Assembly (NCBI RefSeq): GCF_004010195.1
Contig: NC_057719.1
Span: 13,562,151-13,626,150 of the forward strand
Reading direction: 5' to 3'
DNA: 64,000 nt
From: Chiloscyllium plagiosum
Lineage: Eukaryota
The number at the start of each line of letters is the position of its first letter. Within the stretch, counting starts at the first letter, position 1. The notes beneath the pieces are model-generated. The model was not told where the DNA came from and ran no database searches. It saw only the letters and a program-made list of their open reading frames with translations. Position numbers and translations under genes: made by a program. This document shows, piece by piece, positions 24,801 to 38,477 of the stretch.

Positions 24801-25788
24801 GTCCCATTGAAGACTGCAGCATGTCTTTGAGGTCTGAGTAGGCAGCCTTGCAGTCTCGCAAGGACAGCAGCCTTTCAGACAGGTGTGTGTTGAATGACCA
24901 CAGGAGGGTGAGAGGGACGTAAGTGCGATTTGAAAATGCCTCCATTCTTTTAACATGAGCAGTGCCCACTGCTGCTGGCCGAGGGAAGGCCTTGCCAGGA
25001 GGGGATGCCTCCGCTCTGACCCAGTCATTCCTGAGGCTCCAGTGGAGTGTTAAGTGGTGGAGGCCTTGTGAGTCCCTCGCCCCCATGCCATCTGGTCTGA
25101 GGCCGCAGTGGGGGATGTAGGGGGCATCTACCCATGAGAAGACCCCAGTGCACTGAAGTGGGCACTACTTTCTGCCTCAATGCCTCTTGTCACTTCAATC
25201 ACATTTCCAGCTGCGTTTGCTTGTACTGACCTGCCTTCCTCCTAGCCCTGCTGCCAAGCCTGTTTACCATGGACCAGGAGGATTCTGCCTAGATGGGATT
25301 CTAACATCTTCACATACAATGAGAGGATTTACATAGAGGCCTCCCACGACCACCAAAACAAGATCTCTTCATGAACACCCTCCTGATTGTTACTTAAAAA
25401 TGCATCATATCTAACATTTTTACAGCAGGTGGAGAGTACATTCCCACCCAGCTATGTCTAACCTAACTTTCCAATTACAAAGTCTCATGGAGAAACACCA
25501 ATGGAAGATACAAAAGCTTAGAAACTCTAGCTCTGCTCCTTGGTAGGCTGCCATTTGTACTTTGGAATGTACGTGTCCCCTATTCGGTATTGATTGAAAC
25601 CAATATAAACTCAGGTTTCCATAATTGTAACTCAAGTGCCACATTCCGTGAGATTTCTGTCTGTCCCTTATAGCCAGACCATGGCCACGTCATTTACCAA
25701 AGGCAGAGATTTGTTCACATTCCGATTTTTAAAAAAATCATCCAACAACAAGGAAAAGCTGCACTCAGCAGGAATCCTCCATACATAC

Positions 25789-25849
25789 ACATTTCATTCA
25801 CTCCCAATATGGTCAGCCATAACCTCAGCATGAATGCAGCACCATTTCT
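25789..25849 (-). pseudogene. Exon (M2): RNGAAFMLRLWLTILGVNEM
   Basis: ctctttctgcag acceptor, gtatgt donor, 61 nt, phase 0-1, stop-free. Confidence 0.6.
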
Positions 25850-26034
25850 CTGCAGAAAGAGCTGTCATCCCAACAATGTAACTAACCTGTGACCCTCAGA
25901 AACAGAGCTAGACAGATGAAAGTGCATTTACATGGCAGCTGCCACATAAATTTATCCTGAAGCAGTCAGTCCAGTGGAACCTTAGATTTGAAGGGCCAGA
26001 AATAGACTTATAGACTCTCCAAGGAGAAGAGTTA

Positions 26035-26682
26035 GACTCTTATAGATGTACAGCACGGAAACAGATTATTGCTCCAACATGTCTATGCTGACAAGATATG
26101 CTAAATTAATCTAGTCCCATTTGCCAGCAAACCCTTCCTATTCATATACCCATCCAGATGCCTTTTAAATGTTGTAATTGTATCAGTCTCCACCACCTCT
26201 TCTGGCAGCTCAATCCATACATGTACCACCGTCTGTGTGAAAACGTTGCCCCTTAGGTCCCTTTTATATCTTTCCCCGCTCACCCTAAACCTATGCCCTC
26301 TAGTTTTGGCCTCCCCTACCCTGGGAAAAAGGCATTGTCTATAAGGTCATCCCTCAGCCTCCGACGTTCCAGGAAAAGCAGCCCCAGCTTGTTCAGCCTC
26401 TCCCTATAGCTCAAAACCTCAACCCTGGCAACATCCTTGTAAATTTTTTCTGAACCCTTTCAAGTTTCACAACATCTTTCCTAAAGCAGGATAGATGCTA
26501 TATTCCAAAAATGGCCTAACTGATGTCTTGCAACATGACCTTCCAACTCCTATGCTCAATGCACTGACTAATAAAGACAAGCGTATTAAATGCCTTCCTC
26601 ACTATCCTATCTATCTGCAACTCCACTTTCAGGGAACTATGAACCTGCACTCCAAGGTCTCTTTGTTCAGCAACACTCTGCA
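26035..26682 (-). mobile_element. HER1/CR1 LINE 3' fragment
   Basis: Same RT C-terminus and UTR as the other copies. Confidence 0.88.
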
Positions 26683-26828
26683 ACTTTGGCTCATGACATC
26701 CAGGCAGCATTAAAAGGACAGGACATTGCGATATTTGCATTGTGGGCATTTCCATCTCCACAGTGGAGTGGCAAATGAATGGAAGAAGCAGGAATTCAGT
26801 GCCCAATGTGTGTTGGTGCTGATAGAGG

Positions 26829-26983
26829 CGAAAGTGAGGACTGCAGATGCTGGAGATCAGAGCTGAAAATGTGTTGCTGGAAAAGCGCAGCAGGTCAGGC
26901 AGCATCCAAGGAGCAGGAGAATCGACGTTTCGGGCATGAGCCCTTCTTCAGAAGAGCCCTTTCCAGCAACACATTTTCAGCGC
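26829..26983 (-). mobile_element. Short Penelope-derived insertion with a 15-bp TSD
   Basis: tggtgctgatagagg at 26814-26828 and 26984-26998. Confidence 0.8.
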
Positions 26984-27894
26984 TGGTGCTGATAGAGGGC
27001 AACACTGAGCTTGATTAGATCTGTGGGGCAAGTCTTTCTCACCATCAAGTCAATAATAGCTCTGATGGATGGACGCTGCCACCGGAGGAATAAAAGTAAA
27101 CGTTCCTTGAGGTAGGGAGAAGATTGGTGAGGAAAGAGGGGAATAGATGATCTAAAGGAGAAGAATGCAAAAGGAAATCTTGACCCTTTCTCTTAAATGC
27201 TCAGCTCTACCTCCTCATCACAGTATTCCTGCCCCTATTGGTTATGTTTCTCACAGCAGTGGTGAAGCAGAAATACATCTTCCCTCTATGTGTTAATCGA
27301 TTGAAATGCTAACCTCGGTGCTGGACCAAAAATTGAATTTGTCTTTAGTCAACCACCCGCTACCAGAAATGTATTTTAAAAATAAAAAATTCGGCTCAAA
27401 AAGACTTTGGAATAGCCCTTTGATATGAAGGAGTGAGAATTAAGATTGAAGTGTTCCTTTTCTTTTGTCTTTGTTCTGAACTTCTCAATGGGATTTGTAC
27501 AACATAGAGATGGAATCAAGGCATCATTAATCCATTTTAGATATGAAACTGTGGAAACGAAATGCTGGAAGTTGTCATGGAGTTGTAATATATGGGCTAG
27601 TAATCCAGAAATCCATTGATTGATGTATTACCTGGTTCTTTTATTTGAAAGAGCACATCTTTAAATGAGCAAGGACACTATTTTAAAATGACTGCAACCC
27701 CTCCCTACAAGAGTGGTCAAGTTTTTTAAAAATCTCAGGAGTGGCAGGGCTCCCAGCGGAGCTCATCTGCTCCATTCATTTTATTTCCTTTTTTTACGTT
27801 TGATATGTATTTTTTTCTTCAATCTATTCAGTGATGTCCTGAACTCCCAGCCTCAGCATGGACTCAAATTCACGGCCTCAGCATGGACTCGGCG

Positions 27895-28410
27895 TGGCAG
27901 TCTCTAACCTGGTCTGGTGATCTCTCTGACTGGTGTGGTGATATCTTAGCTTGATATGGTGACCTCTCGACTCGGCCTGGTGACCTCTCAGCCTGGTGTG
28001 GTGATATTTTGGCCCAGCGTGGTGATCTCTTGGCCTGGTCTGGTGATCTCTCTGTCTGGTGTGGTGATCTCACGGCCTGACATGGTGAACTCTCGGCCCA
28101 GTATGGTGATCTCTCAGCCCGACATGGTGACCTCTCAACTCGGCCTGGTGACCTCTCAGCTGGTGTGGTGATCCCTCATTCTGGTGTGGTGATTGCTTGG
28201 CCTGGTATGGTGATCTCTCAGCCTGACTCAGTGAACTCTTGGCCTGGCGTGGTGTTCTCTCAGCCCGGCATGGTGATCTCTCTGTCTGATGTGGTGATCT
28301 TTCAGCCTGACTCAGTGAACTCTTGGCCTGATGTGGTGATCTTTTGGCCTGGCATGGTGATCTCTCGGCCTGATGTGGTGAACTCTCGGCCTGGCGTGGC
28401 GGTATCTCAG
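27895..28410. repeat. 21-bp minisatellite (GGTGATCTCTCAGCCTGGTGT-like)
   Basis: Tandem repetition; 7-aa ORF periodicity. Confidence 0.9.
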
Positions 28411-28726
28411 TGACCTGGCGTAATTGTTTCTTGGCGTGGCCTCAGCATGGGCTTCCGGCCTTGAGATGATTCTAGATTGGTCTCCCAGTCTTGGGAGCTT
28501 CGCGGTGTAGCCCAGCTCAGCCTGGAGTCAAGGTCTGGTGTGGACTAATGGCACAGACTGGGTTGGGATGTCTCTCATTCTAAACCTTTTATTTCTTTAT
28601 TCTTCTAACGAATGATAGTGCTGGCCTTTTAATTTCTTCACTTTTTAAAATGTTTTTCCCCAAGAATCTGTTCTGAAGATTCTATACCTCGTTACCTTTG
28701 TACCTAAGATGGCATGGTAAGTGGCA

Positions 28727-31700
28727 CCTCCCAGATGCCAGGGTCCGGGATGTCTCTGAACGAGTTTACAGGATTCTGAAGGGGGAGGATGAGCAACCAG
28801 AAGTCATGGTGCACATTGGTACCAATGACATAACCAGGAAAAGGGGTGAAGATCTAAAAAGTGATTTCAGGGAGTTAGGTTGGAAGGTAAAAGGCAGGAC
28901 GAGCAGTGCAGTAATCTCATGATTATTACTGGTGCCATGGGCTAGTGAAGCGAGGAACAGGGAATGGTGCAACTAAACACGTGGCTACAGGACTGGCACA
29001 GGAGGGAGGGCTTCAGGGATGTAGATCATTGGGGAATCTTCTGGGGAAGGTGGGGCCTGTACATGAAGGACGGTTTGCAATTAAACTGGAAGGGCACCAA
29101 TGTCCTGGGTGGGAGGTTTGCTAGAGCACTTTGGGAGGGTTTAAACTAGTTTGGCAGGGAGATGGAAACCAGAACTACAGGTCAGAGGAGAAAGTAGTTG
29201 TTGAATGGACAGAAATGGAATGCAGAGAGTCTGTCAGGAAGGATACACAGTTGAGAGGGCAAAGGGATGTCCGTTTCAATGTCAGGAATAAGAGTGATGA
29301 ACTTAGAGCATGGATCAATACTTGGAACAACAATGTTGTGGCCATAATGGAGACATGGAATTCACATGAGCAGGAATGGTTGCTGGATGACCAGGGTGTA
29401 GATTTTTTCAGAAGAACGGGGTGGGGGAGTAAAAGAGGAGGGGGAGTAGCATTGGTAATGAGAGAGTACATCACAACTGCAGAAAAGGCAGTTGTTGAGG
29501 AGAGTTTTGACTACTGAGTCAGTGTGGGTGGAAGTCAGGAACAGGAAAGGAGCAGTCATTTTATTGGGTGTTTTCTATAGACCCCCCAATAGCAACAAAC
29601 AGATGGAAGAACAGATTGAACAGCTGATCTTGGAAAGGTGCAAATGTAGCAGAGTTGCTGTTATGGGTGACTTCAACTTCCCCAACATTGATTGGATCCT
29701 TTGGCCTTAGTGCAGATGGTCTGGATGGAGCTGATTTTGTCAGGTGTGTCCAGGAGGGATTTCTGACTCAATATGTAGATAGGTTGACTAGGGGGGAGGC
29801 TGTATTGGATTTGATGCTAGGCAATGAGCCAGGACAGGTATCAGATCTTTCGGTGGGCGAGCATTTCGGTGATAGTGTCCTGATGAAGGATTACACCTGA
29901 AACGTCAACTTCTCCACCTCCTGATGCTGTCTGGCTTGCTGTGTTCTTCCAGCCTCTTGCCTGTTAGCTTTACCATAGCCATGGAGAGGGATAGCAGCAG
30001 ACAGTATGGGAAGGTATTTAATTGGGGGAGGGGAAATTATACCGGTATTAGAAAGGAGGTGTGGGGTTTAAATTGGGAGCAATTGTTCGACGGGAAATGC
30101 ACAACAGACGTGTGGAGGCTTTTTAAGGAACACTTGTTGCGAGTGTTGGATAAGTTTGTCCCACAGAGACAGGTAAGGAATGGTAAGGTGAAGGATTCTG
30201 GATTAGTGGTGTTGGAAAATCACAGCAGGTCAGGCAGCATCCGAGGAGCAGGAAAATCGACGTTTTGGGCAAAAGCCCTTGATCAGGAATACAGGCAGAG
30301 TGCGGAGGAGCCTGTAACTGGAGTGGGTGTGGTGGTGGGGGGAATGGGGGTGGAGTCATGAGCAGGGGTGGTGTTCCCCTCAGGGTTCTGGGGGGTGGGG
30401 ATGGTGACAGTGGGATCTCTGGGGGGGCGTGTCAGCAGAATGCAGGTGCGTGGCCTTGGTGGGGGTGGAAGTGGTGATGAACACAGCGGTGGGGGTGTGG
30501 CTGACGTCACTGAGCGTGTGACATCAGCGATGATGTGGGGGCAGAAGTGATGTCACGTGTAGTGCATGAGGAATTGTGAGGGGCGGAAGTGGCTGTGGAA
30601 GTGGCCAAGATGCAGGTGGAAGTGATGTCATCCATCACCATGGTGATGTCATCCATCACCATGCACCATAGCTGCACCAGCCGCATGGCTAATGGCGTCC
30701 GAGCAGTTCCAGAGGCCGGGAATCTATTGGAATGTTTGAGGAATACTGCTTATGGAGGTGGATAGATAAAAGTTTGTTGTACTTACAGTTTCTGATGTTT
30801 GAGACGGTGTTGAAATACTGTTTGTTGAGAGTATGAATTCTCCTGAAAATATGGTAAAGGAGGGGTCCTTTGCAATTCTGAGAGAGTGTGGCCTTCAGCT
30901 GAAGCAGGGCTGACTGTAGAGAGGTTAGGTGCCGGCGCATTGCTGCGAGTGTGAAGCGGAGGATCTTGAAGGAGAACCGTTACTGGTGTTTTTGAATCTG
31001 TAGTCTGTACAGTTTGTCCTGATTGGATCCGAACTCTGCTGGTTTAAAGGTGGTCCGGAGTCCGTGTGGGATGAGTTGGTTACAGAGGCAGGCACTGAGG
31101 AAATGTGGCTGTGGTAGCGAGTCTGTTTCAGGACATGGGTGAAGAGCTTCAGGGCAGAGGAAATGACCTGGGAGTTGCAGTGGGAGAGGGACTCCCTGAG
31201 ATCGTTGTAGAGAGAGGAGGAAAACTTCTTCAAGGCAGGCATCCTTGCAAGAGGATTCGCAGTAGGGTTAAAATCAACGAGGTAAAAACAATGACTGCAG
31301 ATGCTGGAAACCAGAGTCTGGATTAGTGGTGCTGGATGAGCACAGCAGTTCAGGCAGCATCCAAGGAGCAGGAAAATCAACATTTCGGGCAAAAGGGTAA
31401 GGTAAAGGAGCCTTGGATGACAAAAGAAGGGGAGCTTCTCGTCAAAAGGAAGAAGGAAGTTTTCTTAAGGTTGAAGAAGCAAAGATCTGGCACAGCTTTA
31501 GAGGATTACAGGGTAGCTAGGAAAGAACTCAAAAATGGACTGAGGAGATCAAGGAGGGGGCACAAGAAAACCCTGGCGGGAAGGATTAGGGAAAACCCAA
31601 AGGTGTTCTACATGTACGTGAGGAATAAGAGGATGTTCAGAGAGAGGGTAGGGCCAATCAGAGATAGTGGAGGGAACTTGTGCTTGGAGTCTGAGGGGTA

Positions 31701-33382
31701 GGGGAGGCCCTAAATGAGTTTTCTACTTTAGTGTTCACTCGAGAGAGTGACCTTGTTGATAACGCGAATGCCATGGACCAGGTTAATAGGCTTGAACAGA
31801 TTAATATTAAAAAAGTGGTGCTGGAAATTCTGGGAAGCATCAAGATAGATAGGTCCTCCCCTGGACAGACTATATATATATCCAAGGTTACTATGGGAAG
31901 TGAGGAATCAGACTGCTGTGCCTCTGGTGATGATTTTTGCATCCTTCGGGAGCAGTAAGGGATGATTGGAGGGATGTGAATGTTGTTCCTCTGTTCACAA
32001 AACGGGAATAGGAAAATCCCTGGGAAATATAGACCAGTCAGTCTTACGTCTATGGTAAGCAAATTACTGGGAATGATTCTGAGAGATAGGCTTTATAATT
32101 ATTTGGAAAAACATAGTTTGATTAAAGATAGCATGGCATTGAGAGGGGCAGGTCATGTCTCACAAGTCTTATTGAATTCTTTGAGGATGTGATGAGACTA
32201 GTTGATGAGCAGTGGATGTGGTTTATATCGATTTCAGTAAGGCATTTGATAAGATTCACCGCAGTAGGTTCATTCAGAAAGTTAGGAGGTAAGGGATATA
32301 GGGAAATTTGGCTGTCCGGATACAGAAATGGCTAACTGAAAGAGACAGCGAGTGGTAGTGGATGTAAAGTATTCCACATGGAGGTCAATGACCAGTGGTG
32401 TCCAACAGGGATCTGTTCTTGGGCTTTTGCTCTTTGTAATTTTTGTAAATGACTTGGATGAAGAAGTGAAAGGGTAAGTTAGTAAGTTTGCCGATCACAC
32501 AAAGATCGGTGTTGTTTTCGATAGTGTCGAGGGCTGTTGTAGGCTACAAAATGACATTGACAGGATGCAGAGCTGGGCTGAAAAATGGCAGATAGAGTTC
32601 AATCTGGATAAATGTGAAGTGATGCATTTTGGAAGGTCAGATTTGAATGCAGAATTCAGGGTTAAAGACAGGATTCATGGCAGTGTGGAGGAACAGCAGG
32701 CTCTTAGAGTCCATGTACATAGATCCCTCAAGGATGCCACAAAGTGGCTAGTATTGTTAAGAAGGCGTATGATGTTTTGGCTTTCAAACAGAAGGATTGA
32801 GTTTAAAAGCCGTGAGCTTTTGCTGCAGCTCTATAAAACTCTGGTTAGACTGCACTTGGAATACTGTGTCCAGTTCTGGTTGCCTCATTATAGGAAGGAT
32901 GTAGTTGCTTTAGAGAGAGTGCAGAAGAGATTTACCAGGATGCTGCCTGGGTTGGAGGGCTTGTCTTATGAAGAGAGGTTGAGTGAGCCAGGGCTTTTCA
33001 CAGTGGAGAGAAGAAGGCAGAGAGGTGACTTGATATAGGTGTACAAGGTAATGGGAAGCACAGGAAGAGTAGATACCAGAGACTTTTCCCCTGGGCAGAA
33101 GTGGCTGTCACGAGGGGTCATAATTTTAAGGTGATTGCAGGAAGGTATAGGGGAGATATCAGAGGAATGTTATTTACACAGAGAGTGATGGGTGCGTGGA
33201 ATGCACTGCCAACGATTGTAGTAGAGTCAGAGACATTAGGGACATTTAAGTGAATAGTGGACAAGTACATGGATGGCAGTAAATTGAGGGACGTGTAGGT
33301 TAGGTTGATATTAGATTAAGGTAAATGCTCAGCACAACATTGTGGGTCAAGGGGCCTGTACTGTGCTGTGCTGTTCTATGTT
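28727..33382 (+). mobile_element. Long degenerate CR1-clade LINE: ORF1 SGNH-esterase region, ORF2 APE endonuclease plus RT, 3' UTR
   Basis: LPDARVRDVSERV..VMVHIGTNDI; GGGVAL, GVFYRPPN, MGDFNFPNIDW, LDL.LGN, YRPVSLTS, LYKTLVRLHLEYCVQFW; frameshifted. Confidence 0.92.
30196..31395 (-). mobile_element. Penelope-like element (ORF 5' region between terminal repeat segments) nested in the CR1
   Basis: Family A repeat segments at both ends; 14-bp TSD ggtaaggtgaagga (30182-30195) / ggtaaggtaaagga (31396-31409). Confidence 0.8.
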
Positions 33383-33556
33383 GTCACTGTACTCATGTGA
33401 GTTCATGTGACAATAAAGCTCATTCTAATCCTAGCTGAAGATACATTTGTGGGTTTCCCCTGCAGAATTTCAAACTTCCCTCATTTGACCTATCTGGAAA
33501 AAAACATCTGAAGGAGAACAAATGAGAGACCCCTACTGTAGTGACAGGAAGTCTAC

Positions 33557-33621
33557 CTGAAGCCATTATGTAAATGAGGGTGCTGAAGACCTCGATATCT
33601 GTTTCAATGACATCTTGGTAG
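33557..33621 (-). pseudogene. Exon (M2): STKMSLKQISRSSAPSFT*WLQ
   Basis: tttttccattctcaaag acceptor, CAG|gtagac donor, 65 nt, phase 1-0. Confidence 0.6.
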
Positions 33622-33929
33622 CTTTGAGAATGGAAAAACAGAAGCCCCTTCACTCAAATTCAGGATATTAGAACTCGGAGCAGGTGCAGGCAATTCAGCA
33701 TCTCAACCATTCAATATGATCATGACTGATCCCATCTTGTCCCGAACTCCATTTTCCATGACCATTAATTAATTAATTATCTGTCTGTCTCCTTACATTT
33801 ACTCAACGTCCCTTCATCTAGCGCACTCTAGGATAACAAATTCCACAGATCAATGACCCTTTCAGAGAAATAGTTCCTCCTCATCTGTTTTGAACCTGCC
33901 CACTCCTTATCCTAAAGCTATGACCTGTC

Positions 33930-34470
33930 AGAGAGTCATACAGCATGGCAACAGACCCTTTGATCCGACCAGTCCGCGCTGACCACAATCCCAAACTAAA
34001 CTAGTCCCACCTGTCTGCTCCTGGCCCATATCCCTCCAAATCTTTACTATTCATATAATTATCCAAATGTCCATCCCATATCCACCACTTCCTCAGGAAG
34101 TTCATTCCACATGTGAACCACCCTCCGCATAAAAGATATGCCCCTCACATCATTTTAAAATCTCTCTCCTTGCACCTTAAAAATGTATCCTCAGATCTTG
34201 AAATCCCCCATCCTAGGGAAAAAATTACCTACCACTAAATCTATCTATGCCCCTCATGATTTTATAAACCTCTACAAGGTCACTCCTTAACCTATTATGC
34301 AACAGAGAGAAAAGTCCCAGCCTATCCAGCCTTTCTTTATAACGCAAACTTTTCATGCCCAGCAACCTCCTAGTAAATCTCTTCAGAACTCTCTTCAGCT
34401 CAATAATATCCTTCCTATAACTGGACAACCAGAACTGGACACATTACTCTGGAAGAGGCTTCACCAATGT
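33930..34470 (-). mobile_element. CR1/HER1-related LINE 3' fragment
   Basis: SYRKDIIELKRV.KRFTR..RLRSDLVEVYKIM; a + strand tail fragment also at 34780-34983. Confidence 0.85.
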
Positions 34471-34984
34471 TCTCCGTTTTGCATTGTCCCACAAAGGGAA
34501 ACACCCACTGTCCTTCAGCTGAGGTGTGAAAGCAGAAGCTCAGAAGCCTGTTCAGGTGGAGTGGAAAAGAAATGTGGAGACTCCCTCAGGTTTTGGTCAA
34601 CAGTTACCCCCAGTCAACATTGCAAAAAAAACCTTTCACATTCACACTTTCACATTCCTGATTGTGAATGTTCGCTGTGCACAAAATGAGTGAACGCACT
34701 GAAATGTACCTCATTACCACTTCGAGATGTAAATATGGTTATGAAAATATTAGAGAAAGACCCCAAACTGTTTTTTACAACAGGAATCAACTTCCTGAGG
34801 AAGTGGGTGGATGTGGGCACACTTACAATGTTTAAAAGACATTTGGGTAAGTGCATGAGTCGGAAAGGTTTGAGGTACATGGGCTAAGAGCAGGCAGGTG
34901 GAACAAGTTTAGTTTGGGATTATGTTCAGCAGGGACTGGCTGGACCGAAGGGTCTGTTTTCGTGCTGTATGACTCGATGACTAC

Positions 34985-35220
34985 AGAATGGCACTTCAGA
35001 AAGTTCAGGGCCATGTTTCGGATCCAATTTATACTGTGTCCAGTTCAAGCAGACAATCCACAGAGCGTAAAAAAAACGGAGGAATTGCTCAGTCAGGGAG
35101 TGCACAATCACCACGATCACGTGTGCCCAATAATGTTCATGCCTCAGATGACGCAATGACTTAGTTAACTTCTTCTCCACTTTCTCAAAGTGATTGGGTC
35201 TTATCTGACTTATATTAAAT
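34985..35220 (-). pseudogene. Exon (M1/M2): RFNISQIRPNHFEKVEKKLTKSLRHLRHEHYWAHVIVVIVHSLTEQFLRFFYALWIVCLNWTQYKLDPKHGPELSEVPF
   Basis: ggtcttag acceptor, 236 nt stop-free, phase 2-1, donor abuts a LINE tail. KLTKSLRHLRHE resembles catenin KMTKKTRDLRRQ. Confidence 0.7.
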
Positions 35221-35401
35221 CTAAGACCATTAAATGGGATTACAAATATAAAGGTTTGCAAGCCGGAAGATCTAAATATAGCTGTGGAAAGGATTATCCA
35301 CCAGAGTTCAGCTTAAGCCCAGCTCTCTGAATGCTACAACTTGCTAATATTTCAAATATGCCTGAGAGCAATGAGATTCATTCCTAATAAACATCCATTA
35401 C

Positions 35402-35451
35402 CTGTCCCAGGACTGCAGGTGCCCCCTTGGCTGCAAAGGGGAGTGACATTT
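35402..35451 (-). pseudogene. Exon: KCHSPLQPRGHLQSWDR
   Basis: attttttgagcag acceptor, CAG|gtaatg donor, 50 nt, phase 0-2, bridging both neighbours. Confidence 0.65.
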
Positions 35452-35689
35452 CTGCTCAAAAAATATGAATTATAAACATAATTTTGGTGACACATGGCAG
35501 TGTCAGATGGAACATGGGGAGCACTGAACCTCATAAAAATTCTCTTTATTTTTTATTCATTTATTCATTCCGATACAACTAAACATTTAGCCATTTTGTG
35601 TTTTCAATGATCTGTTTGACTTATGGGAAATACTTTGTTAGTTAAGAGATCAAGGAAGAATGAAGATTTTTTATTTAACTTACCCTTGG

Positions 35690-36620
35690 GATGTGGGCAT
35701 TGCTGGCTGGCCCAGCATTTATTGCCAGTCCCAAGTTGCCATTAATAAGGGGTTAGTGGTGGTGAACAGCCTTCTTGAACCTCTGCAGTGCATGTGTTGT
35801 AGGTAGATCCACAAAGCCCTTGGAGAGGGAATTCCAGGATTTTGAAACAGTGAAGGAACAGCAATATATTCCCAAGTCAGGATAGTGAGTGGCTTGAGGG
35901 GAACTTGCAGTTGGTGGTGTTCCGTGTACCCTTATCAGTGGTGAAGAGAATGGATGCTTGTAAATGTTTGTGGATGTGGTGCCAATTAAGCGGGCTGCTT
36001 TGTCTTTGATAGTGTCAAGCAGCTTGAGTGTTGTTGGAGCTGCACCCATTCGGGCAAATAGGGAATTTCCATCACACTCCTGCCTTGTGCCTTGAAGATG
36101 GACAGGCTTTGGGGATGTGTGAGATGAGTTACTCATCACAGTTTTCCTAGCCTCTGACCTGCTCTTGTAGCAACCGTGTTTATATGGTGAGTCCAGTTGA
36201 GTTTATAGTCAATGGTAACCCTCCAGGATGTTGATAGTGGAGGGCTCAGTAATGGTAAAGTCGTTGAACAATGGTTAGAACGTCTCTTGTTGCAATTGGT
36301 CATAGCCTGGCACTTGTATGGCATGAATGTTACTTACCACTTGTCAGCCCAAGCCTGGATATTGTCCAGATCATGTTGTATTTGAACATGGACTGCTTTG
36401 GTATCTGAGGAGTCACAATTGGTGCTGAACACCATGCAATCATTGGCCAAAATCCCCACTTCTGACCTTATGATAGAGGGAAAGTCATTGATGGCAGCTG
36501 AAGGTGGTTGGGCCTAGGACACTACCCTGAGGAGATGTCCAGGAGCTAAGGTGACTGACCCTCCAATGATCATGATCATCTTCTATGTGCCAGGTATGAC
36601 TCTAAGCAGAGTCCCCTGAT
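35690..36620 (-). mobile_element. CR1/L2-group LINE of a third family, RT C-terminal fragment
   Basis: KLNWTHHINTVATRAGQRLG, MGAAPTTLKLLDTIKDKAARLIG, WNSL; related pieces at 39010-39275, 42340-42540 and 52920-53250. Confidence 0.75.
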
Positions 36621-37224
36621 TCCTGGTGCAGGGGGAAATGGCATGGGCTTAGAAGACCGGACATTATCTAGTTGAAAATGTGTTGCTGGAAAAGCGCAGC
36701 AGGTCAAGCAGCATCCAAGGAGCAGGAGAATCGACGTTTCGGGCATGAGCCCTTCTTCAGGAAAGCCCTTTCTTCCTCCCTCTACAACCTACTGTGAATC
36801 CTCTTACAAGGATGCCTTCCTTGAAGAAGCTCTCTTCCTCCCTCTACAAGGAGATTCCTGATTCCCACTCCTAAAGTCCATCTTCAGACAATGCCAACTG
36901 CTGCCCTCCCTCAGTTGGCACTAGGCTGGCACACACATTCCCTGAGCCCTGGCTCTCAGTCTTCAACTCTGCTGATGAAGGTTAAGCCCGGAGCTCCACC
37001 CTGTTTTGAGGTCAGGCCTCGGGTATTCACAACTGCTTAGGGAAGAGGGAAAGCATGGCGCAGACTTGCAGGCCCAACCCCAAATTAATATCTGGGAACA
37101 GTGCGGGAAAATCGTACACCTGGGAGGAGGCAGTCGACTGCTCACGCAGGCTGGGATTTCTGTTATTGTACATGCTTTGCAAATTGCAAAGCCATCCTTC
37201 AAATAAGCAGATTCAGAATCTTAC

Positions 37225-37378
37225 CACACAGCATGCACAGAAGGAAACACTCTTCTTCACATCTGACAGAAGTCTGCAGGGTCTGGTTTGAGCACTTGTC
37301 TGCCTTCATTGGCATCATTGCAGATCATCTTCTGGAAACTGATATGGCCTTAGTGCTGAGTGATACATGCTACACTGC
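37225..37378 (-). pseudogene. Exon (M1): QCSMYHSALRPYQFPEDDLQ*CQ*RQTSAQTRPCRLLSDVKKSVSFCACCV
   Basis: aatttcag acceptor, GTG|gtaaga donor, 154 nt, phase 2-0. Resembles catenin IVDPLSFSEERFRPSLEERLESIISGAALMADSSC. Confidence 0.6.
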
Positions 37379-38477
37379 CTGAAATTCAATGACGCATACT
37401 CTCCACATGTTAGTAAATGACGAAAGAAAGCAGCAGAAAATCCAAAGATGTGCAGGTTAGGTGGATTGGCCATGCTACATTTCTCATAGTGTACCGAGGT
37501 GTGCAGGCTAGGTAGTTTAGCCCTGGGAAATACAAGGTTACAGGGATAGGGTAGGTGCTTGGGTGTGATGCTCTTCAGAGGGACGGTGCAAACTGATGGG
37601 CCAAATGGCCTCTTTCTGTGCTGTAGGGTTTTTCTGATTCTAACAATGCAGCCAGTTAAATATTACATGAGTACAGCATTGTTGTTTATTTCTCTGGGGG
37701 TGGCACCAACCTGGTTAAATTTAATATTTGTTTTCACCCATGGGGCATGGGAGTCGTTGGCTGACCATCATTTATTGCTGTCGGAGAAATTTGCCCAGTA
37801 GAGACCACACAAACCAGAGCGAGTGAAATTGACATGTTGTTTATTATAAGGATATCACTGGAAGAGAAATCGACTAGGCTGACACAGAACTGACAGTCTG
37901 TACAGGTAGATCAGAATTTATCTTCCTCAAGCTGAGGAAGAAGCCAGTTTTTATAATAATCCTGTACAATGAGGCTAATTAAAAATGGGGGAAATACAAT
38001 GTACCTGGAATGTAGCTGGGGATGGAGTAATCGAGTTACAATGATGCTAATCGGAAAACAGTTATTGGAGGAATGTCCTAATTCTCCAAACAAAGCAACA
38101 TCCTGACAGTATCAATTGGTTTGGAGCTTCCATTCCTCTTCGCAGGTAGGTGCTAATGTCTCCTCTGAAGCGGTGAGGTGCTTCCATTGTCCTGTTTTGG
38201 GAGTAGTGGTGGTACCTCTCTGTCTGACCTGTTCTTTATGTGGCTTTGATATTGCTGAGTTGTGAAACTGCCCGGGGGGCTTTGGGATAGCTGTGGAGCT
38301 CTGTCATTGTTAGTAGGGGCTTGAAGTATATTCCCTCGTCTGCGAGTGCTGTCTAGTTTCGCTTGTCAGCCTGCTTGGTCCCTGCTGAGGGATTCTGGAT
38401 GTTTTGATACAGTTTGGCCGATTTTGCTTTTGTGGGCCTATTGTGGATTGGCAGGGTGGCAGATCTTTTCCCACAAT

